Assembly (NCBI GenBank): GCA_032718475.1
Contig: JAUCBJ010007179.1
Coordinates: 124,001-188,000, forward strand
Length of the DNA: 64,000 nucleotides
Source of the DNA: Nemertoderma westbladi
Lineage: Eukaryota > Animalia > Xenacoelomorpha
Reading direction: 5' to 3'
Notes under the pieces: model-generated
Told to the model about the DNA's origin: nothing
The model's input: the letters and a program-made list of their open reading frames with translations, nothing else
The model's database searches: none
Shown: piece by piece, positions 16,007 through 28,300 of the stretch
Layout: each line of letters begins with the position of its first letter
How positions within the stretch are numbered: position 1 is the stretch's first letter
Translations under genes and position numbers: made by a program

Positions 16007-19000
16007 ATGAGTGAATCGGGCGAGACACCGACGCGGACCCTGGACGAAGATCAAACGATCCGCGAGGCCGCGACCAGGCGGTATAGGCCCACGACGCCGG
16101 AGCCATCGGTAACGGGTGACCCGGAAGTCCAAGATGAGGGGGACCGTCTGGAATCAGAATCCGAGTTGAGAGGAGAGGGACTCGAGCCGGAGGATAGAGA
16201 GAACGAGGTCGAGGGAGAAAGAGACGAGTCGACGCGGAGCGAGGGTCGACATACCGATGTCACCGGCCAGCCACGGGCCGAGGACGACGAACGGTCCACC
16301 GGAACGGCAACGGTGGGGCCGTCGGTACGACGTCGGACCCGGAGAGACAGAGGAGAGGTCGGCGACGAGGACGTCGGGGTTTCTGATCGACTTCGACGGG
16401 CCTACAACGCGACCCGGGAACTACTAAAGGAGGCCAAGGAGGGGGCGAAGATAGACGAGGTGAGACTGAGAAAGCGACTAGGTGAGTCGAACAGATACTT
16501 TGATCACCTAGTGTGTTCTGGACAGAGAGAACTAGCAGAGTTGAGGGCGTGGGGAGTTGCCTTCGAACTGTTTAAACTGTGGGAATGTGGGGGTATGGAA
16601 CCTAGTGTAGTGTACATAGGGCCATACTTAGTCGATGCCCAGGATACAAAATTAGTGGGTTGGAAGAGACCTGAGGAGGGCGAATCCGAGGTTAAACCCG
16701 AGGATTCGGTCTCGTCGGTCGGAGGAAGTTCCGGGAGGCGGGGGAAAGTTAGTGGGACGGAGGGGCGACGGGAGTCCGTCGCAACCGATAAGTCTGCTAC
16801 ATCCTCCGTAAATGAAAGACGGGTGCGAGAGAGTGAACGCATGGCGTATAAATTAGAAATGGTTGTGACAGAGCAGAATGAGTTAGAGAGACGATTGAGA
16901 GAGGAAACCGCATTCTCAGAGAAGGTAGGAGAGTTGGAGAGGGAGTGTAGAGAGAGGGCCGAGGAGTGTAGAGAGAGAGCCAAGGAGTGTAGAGAGCTAG
17001 AGATGGGTGTAGAGAGCGAGCCGGCGAGGCAGCTTGAGACGATTGCGAGAGAGGCAGAGTTGGCCGAGCAGAATATGCGAGAGTGGGGGATAGAGGGTGA
17101 GCGCAGGCGGGATGATTTGCATGCCGTGCTAGGCGGGCTTGCGCAATATCAAGCCAAATTAGACCAGCGCCGACTAGAACTGGCGCGGTTGGAGATATCA
17201 GAGAGTGAGCCCCCACTTACAGGCACCGGGCGAGAGAACCAGAACTGGTGTAGCCGTACGGGCGGGGGGGGGGTAATAGTAGTACGTTAGGAAATGTTAA
17301 TATTAATAGTACCGTAGTAGATAATCCTAATCCCTTTATTGCAGCAAATAATATTTTACCTGGTAGTAGTAATTTAAATTTAAATTCAAATAATAACATT
17401 AATTCAAATAATTCGAATATTAATTTAAATTTTGAAAATAATAATAATTCTAATTTAATTAATTTAAATCTCGTTTCAAATTCTAACAATTTAATTGATT
17501 TAACAAATAATATTGGGAATGGTGCTATTAATATGAGCGTGTCGGACGTACATAACTCGGCAGACGAGGGCCTGGTAGGCCACGTAGTTAGTAGGCAGGA
17601 AGTGGTAGGGTTGAGCCAACCCGACGGCGGCCTGGTAGGCCACGTAGTTGGTAGGCAGGAGGTAGCGGGGTTGAGCCAACCCGAAGTGGGCCTGGTGGGC
17701 CACGCAGTAGTAGAGAGAGAGGCGGGGGTGAATAGACCCAGCCGTAGTAGAGACAGTGCGTCGACTAGAGAGGGGTGTAGAGACGAAGTGAGAGATAGTG
17801 AAGTTAGATGTGGCGAGTGGGGGGGGGGGGGGCTACGAGCGCCCCACCACATAAGATTAGTGGCGAGAGAGGGGGGGCAGAGAATGCCCCACAAGAGGGG
17901 TATAGAAGTGTAGTAAGAAATAGTGAAGTTAGAAGTGGCGGGTGGGGGGGGGCTACGGGCACCCCACCGCGAGAGACTAGTAGAGAGAGAGGGGGGGCAG
18001 AGAGTGTCCCACAGCCGTCAGCGGATAATGCGCGGGCCGAATCAGGTAAACCGCAACACCCGGCGACGGAGAGTAATAGGGGGATTGCGAGTATCCCCAG
18101 CGGCGTGCGATCGAGTAGAGAGAGGCAGGTTGACGTCGCGAGAGGGCAGACGAAGCGTCGAGCCCGATTAGAAGAGGGAGGAGGAAGAGTGGAGTTTAAC
18201 CGGGAGGTCGACGAGAGATCTCACGAGCCGGAATACTACACAGAAAAGAGAAGAAGAGAAGATAGTAGAAGAAGTGTCGCCACGAACGATAGCAGTGCGA
18301 GGACGGATAACGGACCGTCGACAGTAGAGATGGAGTCAGGGAGCCAGTGGGGTCGAACTTCGGGAGATTGCCGTCGCCCCGGAGAAACGCACCGCACGCC
18401 AAGAGAGGGGTACAGGAGGTACCAATACAAAGTCGAGAACAGGAGAGGGGATCGAAGAGAAGCTTCCCGACGGGATATAGCTGCCGATCGAGAGTGCAGT
18501 AGTCGCGGGGAGATTCGAGATTCGCGAAGAATAAACTTCGGTTCGGAAGGGCACATGCAGACTGCAGGACATACTGTAGGCCTTACTGCACATACTATTA
18601 TAGGTCATGCTGGGAGAGATAGAGTAGGCGATGGGGTAGCGCGAACGACGGGATTAAACCCGGAAGTCGCGGAGTACATACCGGTAGGTAGGCGAGAGGT
18701 AGGTAGGCCTATATCGGTACAGCAGCATGACTATAATACACAGGGACATAACATATATCCAGGGGAGGGGGGAGTTATTGGAGATAGACGTATGGGCCCC
18801 AATGTATTAACATCAACCCCAGTACCAAACATACCGGCGGGGGGGGGGACAGGGTGACATTCCCCCATCACAATATCGACAATATACCCCGATAGGAGCA
18901 AGAATATCGAACTCCCTGGACGAGAGCAGGTCGTGCGGACAGTCACCACCACACGCGGCCATACAGGGGACTACCAGTCCACAGTTAGCTGGTAGTAGGG

Positions 19001-19707
19001 CCACACCGTGGCAGGGACAGAAAGAAAATAATACCCTAAATAAAAACAATCCCAATATACCCAGTAGGCCGAGTCTAGACAACCAAAACATTAAATCGGT
19101 ACATATAAACCTAAGCGCGATACGTGAAGGACTATACAGGAAACGCTATAATCCAGGATTCCAATGTCAATTACATCGGGACGGAACCCATAAGACCAGG
19201 AGTTGCAAGTACTGGCAAGCGTTGCCCAAACGAGATCGTGTAGCCTACACAGACGCAAACGGACTATGTCATCGATGTGTGGTAAAAGGACACAGATCCG
19301 GAGAGTGTTGGAAAGGGAGAGGATATGAAAGGACTAAACCAGGGGCAGAGAAGCCCATTAGCAAACATAAGGGAGTCGGGAAAGTAGGAGGAGGCGTGTT
19401 GCATACACACGCAGGACGGACACAGTGCGAGGGGGCATTGCACGGGCAGACACCGCGTATACCGAGGGACGAGCGGGGGTCGTCGAGGGCCTTAATGCCA
19501 GCGCACATACGAAGGGGGAGGCCAGCAAAGGTAGCACCGAAGAGAGTGTGGCGAAGAGTTAGAGGACGTATAGGAGGGCAGCAGGAGAGTGCCTACCGGA
19601 AGAAGGGGCACCTGAGAGTTTTTAGTCGTCCAAAGTTTTGGACTGAGGGGGGTGGGAATGAGGGCGAGACGCCCTTCCCACGCACAAAATATAAAATAAT
19701 TATTTAA
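16007..19707 (+). CDS. Gag-like protein (BEL/Pao type), about 1,230 codons, broken by three frameshifts at G homopolymers
   Basis: Segments 16007-17273 (VKPEDSVSSVG motif, Glu/Arg coiled coil), 17272-17832 (Asn-rich then 20-aa repeats), 17808-18848 and 18847-19707 (CQLHRDGTHKTRSC...GLCHRCVVKGHRSGEC). The breaks fall in G-runs 17264-17273, 17819-17832 and 18839-18848. Confidence 0.75.
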
Positions 19708-19784
19708 TTAGAATAAGAAAATAATTAAATAATAGAGTAGGTAGAAGTTAGGTAGTAAGAGTTAGTTAGTTAGTTAGTTAAAGG

Positions 19785-21085
19785 GTGGTACGTAGTACCG
19801 TTAGTAGAAGAGTTAGTAGGAGGGTACGTGTAGTACCGTTAGTAGAAGAGTTAGTAGGAGGGTACGTTTAGTACCGTTAGTAGAAGAGTTAGTAGGAGGG
19901 TACGTGTAGTACCGTTAGTAGAAGAGTTAGTAGGAGGGTACGTGTAGTACCGTTAGTAGAAGAGTTAATAGGAGGGTACGTGTAGTACCGTTAGTAGAAG
20001 AGAGTTAGAGGGTACGTAAGTACCGCTAATTAGAGTAAGAGTTAGAGGGTACGTAAGTACCGCTAGGTAGTTAGAGTTAGAGGGTACGTAAGTACCGCTA
20101 GGTAGTTAGAGTTAGAGGGTACGTAAGTACCGCTAGGTAGTTAGAGTTAGAGGGTACGTAAGTACCGCTAGTTAGAGTAAGAGTTAGAGGGTACGCAGTA
20201 CTGTTAGAGAGTAGGAGTTAAGGGGTACGTTGTACCGCTAGCTAGTAGAGAGAGCTAGAGTAGTAAGAGGGTACGTTGTACCGCTAGCTAGTAGAGAGAG
20301 CTAGAGTAGTAAGAGGCTACGTAGTACCGTTAGTTAGGGGTGTTAGTAGTAGCAGTAGAGGGTTGTGGGCACCGTAAGCGCCACGTAGTTAGAGTTAGTA
20401 GGGAATGCGCTGAACTTAGTGGGGCACGGGCGTGATGATGTGTTTGATGTAAGAGCAGGGTATGTTAATTAAGAGGTGCCGGGCACAAAAAGAGTTAGTA
20501 GAGTTAGAAGGTGCCGGGCACAAGAGGTGCCGGGCACAAAAGGAGTTAGTAGAGTTAGAAGGTGCCGGGCACAAGAGGTGCCGGGCACAAAAAGAGTTAG
20601 TAGAGTTAGAAGGTGCCGGGCACAAGAGGTGCCGGGCACAAAAGGAGTTAGTAGAGTTAGAAGGTGCCGGGCACAAGAGGTGCCGGGCACAAAAGGAGTT
20701 AGTAGAGTTAGAAGGTGCCGGGCACAAGAGGTGCCGGGCACAAAAAGAGTTAGTAGAGTTAGAAGAGAGTTAGTAGAGTTAGTAGAGTCAGTAGTAGTTC
20801 ACATAATTAACGTACCCACTCTGCCGGCACTCAGAGCGTCACGTGTAGGCGATGAGACGTAAAGGGGATGTAGAGGAGTAGAGACGGGCACATAGGGTGC
20901 CAGAGAGTAGAAGAGTAGAGACGGGCACATAGGGTGCCAGGTAGTAAGTTAGAGAGGTAGTAGTGTAGTAGAGAGGGCACATAGGGTGCCAGGTAGTAGA
21001 GTAGAGCAGAGGGGGCACATAGGGTGCCAGGTAGTAGAGCTAGAGAGGTAGTTGAGTAGTAGAAGGGCACATAGGGTGCCAGATA
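19785..21085 (+). repeat. Tandem repeat blocks in the 3' non-coding region of the LTR element (38-, 35- and 51-bp units, plus 5x GGGCACATAGGGTGCCAG)
   Basis: 38-bp units at about 19785-20000, 35-bp units at about 20045-20170, 51-bp units at 20471-20765, and dispersed 18-mers at 20886-21082. Confidence 0.92.
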
Positions 21086-21777
21086 GTAGAGTGGTTGTGG
21101 GCACCGCAAGCGCCACGTAGTTAGAAGAGTGGAGTAGAGTTAGCAGAGCTAGTGGAGTAGAGTTAGTAGAGCTAGTTAGCAGAGTTGGTAGACTCAGAGG
21201 AGTCAAGTAGAGTTAGTAGAAGTAGAAAGCTAGTAGGAGTTAGTTAGACTTAGTAGAGAGTTAGAGTCAGTAGAAAGTTAGAGGCTCTCAGTTAGAGCTA
21301 GAAGTAGTAAGAGTTAGTAGTTAGCAGAGTTAGTTAGATAGTTAGAGTTAGTAAGCAGTAGGTAGATAGTATGATAGCACAGGGGTAGCATTAGAGATTA
21401 AAGCCTTAGGGAGTGGCAAGAGAGATAGCGAGAGGTGGTATGGAGATAGTGTGGAGATAGTGTGAGCGCAATTCAAGCGTGGGGGGGAAGGAGTAAGAGG
21501 CTGAGTAAGGGACAGAGAAGTCCGAGAGTAGAGTGAAAGGAGAGTAGAGTCAAGGGCGAAAGTGTTGGGGAAACAAAAATCGTGTGAGAGACGAGCACGA
21601 TCGGCCCGACATGGATGCCAGGCGTAAAGGGTAGCGTTATCATACCCAGAGGGAGCGGCCTGGAAAGCCGACTCCGAGAGAAAAGATTTCCACCCCACAC
21701 CCGATGCTAGATCGGGATCCAGCGGGATTGTAACGCACTTTTTGGTTGATGCTATCTTCTTACCGGGAAGATAGCAT

Positions 21778-21786
21778 GGGGGGGAG
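21778..21786 (+). other. Polypurine tract of the LTR element
   Basis: GGGGGGGAG directly abutting the TG of the 3' LTR, preceded by an 11-bp-stem hairpin ATGCTATCTTC...GAAGATAGCAT (21749-21777). Confidence 0.85.
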
Positions 21787-22324
21787 TGTTAGCTTATTCA
21801 ATCCCGCCAACACCCCATAAAGTTATTAGCCGATAAGCAATATTGGGAGCCACGAGATTGGGCAATTAACCAACTCGTGCCATCCCAATAAGAGTGGGAA
21901 GGAGGCACACAATAGAGGGTCAGGGGCCAAACCCCTAACCCAAGGAGAACAGGTGGAGTGAACGGGAATACTCCACGGGGCGCCAACAAGGGTATTAACC
22001 AATCAGAGGGGGGAATGGCATCGATTGAGTAGCAGTAAGGCCACCGTGCAATATAACCAATAACCTATTAATCAGTGATTCAGTTATCTCAGTGCAGCAG
22101 TGCTAGCGTAGGGTACAGCCAATTAGTTTAGTTAGGGGATCACGGGACTTTAGTTACCGTATCCCGCCTACCGTATAATTCACAATATATCTATATCCTA
22201 TAACCTATTATTATACACCGAACTTCAGAACTCAGTTATCTTTATTTCACTCTTATACACGGCGGGGACGCGTGGACTAAATACCACATCGGATAAATCG
22301 GGATCCCTCCTGGATCCCGTCACA
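21787..22324 (+). repeat. 3' LTR
   Basis: Direct repeat of 15355-15892. The ORF track gives an identical 63-aa antisense peptide in both copies. Confidence 0.97.
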
Positions 22325-25300
22325 ATCGGAACATGTATTACTAAATAATAGATCGGAACATGTATTACTAAATAATAGATCGGAACATGTATTACTAAAT
22401 AATAGATCGGAACATGTATTACTAAATAATAGATCGGAACATGTATTACTAAATAATAGATCGGAACATGTATTACTAAATAATACATCGGAACATGTAT
22501 TACTAAATAATAGATCGGAACATGTATTACTAAATAATAGATCGGAACATGTATTACTAAATAATATATCGGAACATGTATTACTAAATAATATATCGCT
22601 ACATGTATTACTAAATAATAGATCGGAACATGTATTACTAAATAATAGATCGTAACATGGATTACTAAATAATAGATCGGAACATGTATTACTAAATAAT
22701 AGATCGGAACATGTATTACTAAATACTAGATCGAAACATGTATTACTAAATAATATATCGCTACATGTATTACTAAATAATAGATCGGAACATGGATTAC
22801 TAAATAATAGATCGGAACATGTATTACTAAATAATAGATCGGAACATGTATTACTAAATAACAGAATAATAGATCGGAACATGTATTACTAAATAATAGA
22901 TCGGAACACGTATTACTAAATAATAGATCGGAACATGTATTACTAAATAATAGATCGGAACAATGTATTACTAAATAATATATCGCTACATGTATTACTA
23001 AATAATAGATCGGAACATGTATTACTAAATAATAGATCGCAACATGTATTACTAAATAATATATCGCTACATGTATTACTAAATAATATATTGCTACATG
23101 TATTACTAAATAATAGATTAGAACATGTATTACTAAATAATATATCGCTACATGTATTACTAAATAATAGATCGGAACATGTATTACTAAATAATAGATC
23201 GGAACATGTATTACTAAATAATATATCGCTACATGTATTACTAAATAATAGATCGGAACATGTATTACTAAATAATAGATCGTAACATGGATTACTAAAT
23301 AATAGATCGGAACATGTATTACTAAATAATATATCGCTACATGTATTACTAAATAATAGATCGGAACATGGATTACTAAATAATAGATCGGAACATGTAT
23401 TACTAAATAATAGATCGGAACATGTATTACTAAATAATAGATCGGAACATGTATTACTAAATAATAGATCGGAACATGTATTACTAAATAATAGATCGGA
23501 ACATGTATTACTAAATAATATATCGCTACATGTATTACTAAATAATAGATCGGAACATGTATTACTAAATAATAGATCGTAACATGGATTACTAAATAAT
23601 AGATCGGAACATGTATTACTAAATAATAGATCGGAACATGTATTACTAAATAATAGATCGAAACATGTATTACTAAATAATATATCGCTACATGTATTAC
23701 TAAATAATAGATCGGAACATGGATTACTAAATAATAGATCGGAACATGTATTACTAAATAATAGATCGGAACATGTATTACTAAATAACAGAATAATAGA
23801 TCGGAACATGTATTACTAAATAATAGATCGGAACATGTATTACTAAATAATAGATCGGAACATGGATTACTAAATAACAGAATAATAGATCGGAACATGT
23901 ATTACTAAATAATAGATCGGAACATGTATTACTAAATAATAGATCGGAACATGTATTGCTAAATAACAGAATAATAGATCGGAACATGTATTACTAAATA
24001 ATGAATCGGAACATGGATTACTAAATAACAGAATAATAGATCGGAACATGTATTACTAAATAACAGAATAATAGATCGGAACATGTATTACTAAATAACA
24101 GAATAATAGATCGGAACATGTATTACTAAATAATGAATCGGAACATGTATTACTAAATAATGAATCGGAACATGGATTACTAAATAACAGAATAATAGAT
24201 CGGAACATGTATTACTAAATAATAGATCGGAACATGTATTACTAAATAATAGATCGGAACATGTATTACTAAATAACAGAATAATAGATCGGAACATGTA
24301 TTACTAAATAATAGATCGGAACATGTATTACTAAATAATAGATCGGAACATGTATTACTAAATAACAGAATAATAGATCGGAACATGTATTACTAAATAA
24401 TGAATCGGAACATGGATTACTAAATAACAGAATAATAGATCGGAACATGTATTACTAAATAATAGATCGGAACATGTATTACTAAATAACAGAATAATAG
24501 ATCGGAACATGTATTACTAAATAATGAATCGGAACATGGATTACTAAATAACAGAATAATAGATCGGAACATGTATTACTAAATAATAGATCGGAACATG
24601 TATTACTAAATAACAGAATAATAGATCGGAACATGTATTACTAAATAATGAATCGGAACATGGATTACTAAATAACAGAATAATAGATCGGAACATGTAT
24701 TACTAAATAATAGATCGGAACATGTATTACTAAATAACAGAATAATAGATCGGAACATGTATTACTAAATAATGAATCGGAACATGGATTACTAAATAAT
24801 AGATCGGAACATGTATTACTAAATAATATATCGCTACATGTATTACTAAATAATAGATCGGAACATGTATTACTAAATAATATATCGCTACATGTATTAC
24901 TAAATAATAGATCGGAACATGGATTACTAAATAATAGATCGGAACATGTATTACTAAATAATAGATCGGAACATGTATTACTAAATAATAGATCGGAACA
25001 TGTATTACTAAATAATAGATCGGAACATGTATTACTAAATAATAGATCGGAACATGTATTACTAAATAATAGATCGGAACATGTATTACTAAATAACAGA
25101 GTAATAGATCGGAACATGTATTACTAAATAATAGATCGGAACATGTATTACTAAATAATAGATCGGAACATGTATTACTAAATAATAGATCGGAACATGT
25201 ATTACTAAATAATAGATCGGAACATGTATTACTAAATAATAGATCGGAACATGTATTACTAAATAATAGATCGGAACATGTCTTACTAAATAATAGATCG

Positions 25301-28300
25301 GAACATGTATTACTAAATAATAGATCGGAACATGTATTACTGAATAATAGATCGGAACATGTATTACTAAATAACAGAATAATAGATCGGAACATGTATT
25401 TCTAAATAATAGATCGGAACATGTATTACTAAATAATAGATCGGAACATGTATTACTAAATAATAGATCGGAACATGTATTACTAAATAATAGATCGGAA
25501 CATGTATTACTAAATAATAGATCGGAACATGTATTACTAAATAATAGATCGGAACATGTATTACTAAATAATAGATCGGAACATGTATTACTAAATAATA
25601 GATCGGAACATGTATTACTAAATAATAGATCGAAACATGTATTACTAAATAATATATCGGAACATGTATTACTAAATAATAGATCGGAACATGTATTACT
25701 AAATAATAGATCGGAACATGTATTACTAAATAATAGATCGGAACATGTATTACTAAATAATAGATCGAAACATGTATTACTAAATAATAGATCGGAACAT
25801 GTATTACTAAATAATATATCGGAACATGTATTACTAAATAATAGATCGAAACATGTATTACTAAATAATAGATCGGAACATGTATTACTAAATAATAGAT
25901 CGGAACATGTATTACTAAATAATAGATCGGAACATGTATTACTAAATAATATATCGGAACATGTATTACTAAATAATAGATCGGAACATGTATTACTAAA
26001 TAACAGAATAATAGATCGGAACATGTTTTACTAAATAATAGATCGGAACATGTATTACTAAATAACAGAATAATAGATCGGAACATGTATTACTAAATAA
26101 TAGATCGGAACATGTATTACTAAATAATAGATCGGAACATGTATTACTAAATAATAGATCGGAACATCTATTACTAAATAATAGATCGGAACATGTATTA
26201 CTAAATAATAGATCGGAACATGTATTACTAAATAATAGATCGGAACATGTATTACTAAATAATAGATCGGAACATTGATTACTAAATAACAGAATAATAG
26301 ATCGGAACATGTATTACTAAATAATAGAACGGAACATGTATTACTAAATAACAGAATAATAGATCGGAACATGCATTACTAAATAATATATCGCTACATG
26401 TATTACTAAATAATAGATCGGAACATGTATTACTAAATAATGAATCGGAACATGGATTACTAAATAACAGAATAATAGATCGGAACATGTATTACTAAAT
26501 AATAGATCGGAACATGTATTACTAAATAATATATCGCTACATGTATTACTAAATAATAGATCGGAACATGTATTACTAAATAATAGATCGTAACATGTAT
26601 TACTAAATAATATATCGCTACATGTATTACTAAATAATATATCGCTACATGTATTACTAAATAATAGATCGGAACATGTATTACTAAATAATATATCGCT
26701 ACATGTATTACTAAATAATAGATCGGAACATGTATTACTAAATAATAGATCGTAACATGTATTACTAAATAATAGATCGGAACATGTATTACTAAATAAT
26801 AGATCGTAACATGTATTACTAAATAATATATCGGAACATTGATTACTAAATAACAGAATAATAGATCGGAACATGTATTACTAAATAATAGAACGGAACA
26901 TGTATTACTAAATAACAGAATAATAGATCGGAACATGCATTACTAAATAATAGAACGGAACATGTATTACTAAATAACAGAATAATAGATCGGAACGTCA
27001 TGTATTACTAAATAATAGATCGGAACATGTATTACTAAATAATAGATCGGAACATGTATTACTAAATAATAGATCGGAACATGTATTACTAAATAATAGA
27101 TCGGAACATTGATTACTAAATAACAGAATAATAGATCGGAACATGTATTACTAAATAATAGAACGGAACATGTATTACTAAATAACAGAATAATAGATCG
27201 GAACATGTATTACTAAATAATGAATCGGAACATGGATTACTAAATAACAGAATAATAGATCGGAACATGTATCACTAAATAATAGATCGGAACATGTATT
27301 ACTAAATAATATATCGCTACATGTATTACTAAATAATAGATCGGAACATGTATTACTAAATAATAGATCGTAACATGTATTACTATATAATATATCGCTA
27401 CATGTATTACTAAATAATATATCGCTACATGTATTACTAAATAATAGATCGGAACATGTATTACTAAATAATATATCGCTACATGTATTACTAAATAATA
27501 GATCGGAACATGTATTACTAAATAATAGATCGTAACATGTATTACTAAATAATAGATCGGAACATGTATTACTAAATAATAGATCGTAACATGTATTACT
27601 AAATAATATATCGCTACATGTATTACTAAATAATATATCGCTACATGTATTACTAAATAATAGATCGGAACATGTATTACTAAATAATAGATCGGAACAT
27701 GGATTACTAAATAATAGATCGGAACATGTATTACTAAATAATAGATCGGAACATGTTTATTACTAAATAATAGATTAGAACATGTATTACTAAATAATAT
27801 ATCGCTACATGTATTACTAAATAATAGATCGGAACATGTATTACTAAATAATAGATCGGAACATGTATTACTAAATAATAGATCGGAACATGTATTACTA
27901 AATAATAGATCGGAACATGTATTACTAAATAATAGATCGGAACATGGATTACTAAATAATAGATCGGAACATGTATTACTAAATAATAGATCGGAACATG
28001 TATTACTAAATAATAGATTAGAACATGTATTACTAAATAATATATCGCTACATGTATTACTAAATAATAGATCGGAACATGGATTACTAAATAATAGATC
28101 GGAACATGTATTACTAAATAATAGATCGGAACATGGATTACTAAATAATAGATCGGAACATGTATTACTAAATAATAGATCGGAACATGTATTACTAAAT
28201 AATAGATTAGAACATGTATTACTAAATAATATATCGCTACATGTATTACTAAATAATAGATCGGAACATGTATTACTAAATAATATATCGGAACATGTAT

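Larger units (their letters stand above)
15355..22324 (+). mobile_element. Non-autonomous BEL/Pao-like LTR retrotransposon (gag-only, 6,970 bp)
   Basis: Two 538-bp TG...CA direct repeats, 5-bp TSD ATCGG (15350-15354 and 22325-22329), polypurine tract before the 3' LTR, and BEL-type Zn-knuckle pair in the internal frame. No RT, RNase H or integrase motifs seen. Confidence 0.93.

Noticed and set aside
16051-19508. Antisense ORFs within the gag region
   Set aside because: Shadows of a GC-rich, low-complexity sense frame, with no motifs.
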